DNA from: a virus
Reading direction: 5' to 3' (one strand)
Length of the DNA stretch: 64,000 nucleotides
Virus record (IMG/VR): IMGVR_UViG_3300020474_000008
Coordinates: 5,603-69,602 of that record
Shown here: in pieces, positions 62,971-64,000 of the stretch
Layout: each line of letters begins with the position of its first letter
Numbering within the stretch: position 1 is the stretch's first letter
Position numbers and translations under genes: made by a program
The notes under the pieces: generated by a model
Told to the model about the DNA's origin: nothing
The model's database searches: none
What the model saw: only the letters and a program-made list of their open reading frames with translations

Positions 62971-63404
62971 TAGCCTAAACCTGAAGTGAAACGCATAAAT
63001 TCTATGGAGTTTTTTATTTGGTACGTTCTATTAGTTATCTGTTTAAGTATCTCTTCAAGATAAGATAACATGGTTTCATAATAATCAATCTTTAACGAAA
63101 CTCCTGAGAGTTTCTCATCTGCATCCAGATATTTCTGCATAGTTTCCTTATCCCTAATTTTTTTAGGGAATGGATTCTCCACATAAACATCAGGATCTGC
63201 TTTTCCAGCAAAATACTCATACCTCTCGTGTCTTATGTTTTTTCTTTGTTGCTCTGCTTTCTTTCTAAGCAGATATATGTTATTATATATTTCATAATAT
63301 TTGGAGTGCAAGACTGGGATGTTTAATGACTCAGTATGTAAATTATCTGGATCAATCTTAGCATCCTTCTCCCACATCTCCTGAATTTTATCAAGAGTAA
63401 TCAT
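62970..63404 (-). CDS. uvsY: recombination mediator UvsY
   Basis: D.KID, IP.LHSKY, YLDAD, R.YQIKN.IEF. Confidence 0.92.
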   Translation of the reverse strand: MITLDKIQEMWEKDAKIDPDNLHTESLNIPVLHSKYYEIYNNIYLLRKKAEQQRKNIRHERYEYFAGKADPDVYVENPFPKKIRDKETMQKYLDADEKLSGVSLKIDYYETMLSYLEEILKQITNRTYQIKNSIEFMRFTSGLG

Positions 63405-64000
63405 ACAAATCCACTACCTTTAACAATAGTATAGTTCAAATACTTGAAGGATACCTCAGCAGTAAAGAACTCACTATCTGGTAGTGTAGCATCAAATTGC
63501 AAAGTACTCAAGGAAACAGGGAATAAATCACTGAATTTTACCTTGAAATTATCATTCTGCATAGAGTCAAGAATGATGAGTGTGCCATCTGAATAGATGT
63601 TCATTCCTTCAAAGGAATTGTCACCTGTTGTGCCATACTCTTCTTTTTGTAAATCATATATTTCTTGGAGACTTTCAGGAAATCCTAGTCCTCTCATCCA
63701 TTTTTGGATTTCCATATAATTTCCAAGGTCTTCATCTACAAGAAACCTTAATGTAAGATCTTCAAAATCAATGGTCTCACCAGGAATATCATAGTTCCTA
63801 AGACCTCTTGTAGGTGCAATAGCAGTCCTTAATGTCATTGCAGGAATGTTGACTGAGTTACCAAAGAATGTTACCTTTGGTGCTCTGGCAATGACCATTC
63901 TAAATCCACCAGGTTGTAAGAAGTTCCTATTCTCAATGACAGGCTTGCCAGAAGTTGCTGCTGTGCTTCTAACTGCTTGTCTTTGTCTTACGTCTGCCAT
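63401..64000 (-). CDS. tail completion / tube terminator protein (T4 gp3-like)
   Basis: NFL...F, N.P, PGE.I.FE.L..RFLVDE, FP.SLS.L.F; synteny next to uvsY; runs to the window edge. Confidence 0.85.
   Translation of the reverse strand: MADVRQRQAVRSTAATSGKPVIENRNFLQPGGFRMVIARAPKVTFFGNSVNIPAMTLRTAIAPTRGLRNYDIPGETIDFEDLTLRFLVDEDLGNYMEIQKWMRGLGFPESLQEIYDLQKEEYGTTGDNSFEGMNIYSDGTLIILDSMQNDNFKVKFSDLFPVSLSTLQFDATLPDSEFFTAEVSFKYLNYTIVKGSGFV

Noticed and set aside
1-64000. CRISPR array, integrase/transposase, reverse transcriptase or stop-codon recoding
   Set aside because: No repeat-spacer pattern or such genes seen; core genes translate fully in the standard code

Overview
This window is 64 kb of a T4-like marine cyanomyovirus genome, probably infecting Synechococcus. 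Essentially all genes are on the - strand. Read in transcription order (64000 to 1), it contains: (a) the T4 core replication/recombination block (g3, uvsY, uvsW, g55, g47, g46, vWA-peptidase plus MoxR/CobS ATPase, g45, g44, dam, g62, regA, hsp20, g43, uvsX, g41, mazG); (b) late or virion-associated genes with a second DNA methyltransferase; (c) g61, nrdA and nrdB; (d) a tRNA/ncRNA operon with six tRNAs, a manA-like RNA and an upstream pseudoknot, plus purC; (e) a wcaG-like RNA; (f) a ~14.5 kb glycan-biosynthesis island; and (g) an auxiliary-metabolism block (small outer-membrane proteins, pstS, two hli, gnd, zwf). The most notable signals are not in the ORF track. These are an ndhP-like micro-gene between gnd and zwf, and candidate binding sites for three host regulators (PhoB/SphR, RpaB, NtcA) in front of functionally matching genes. 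There are also several structured RNAs, a nucleotidyltransferase with a capsid-targeting-like leader, a methyltransferase/putative nuclease pair, and strong but patchy CG depletion. All calls come from reading the sequence and recalling family motifs; no database searches were run.
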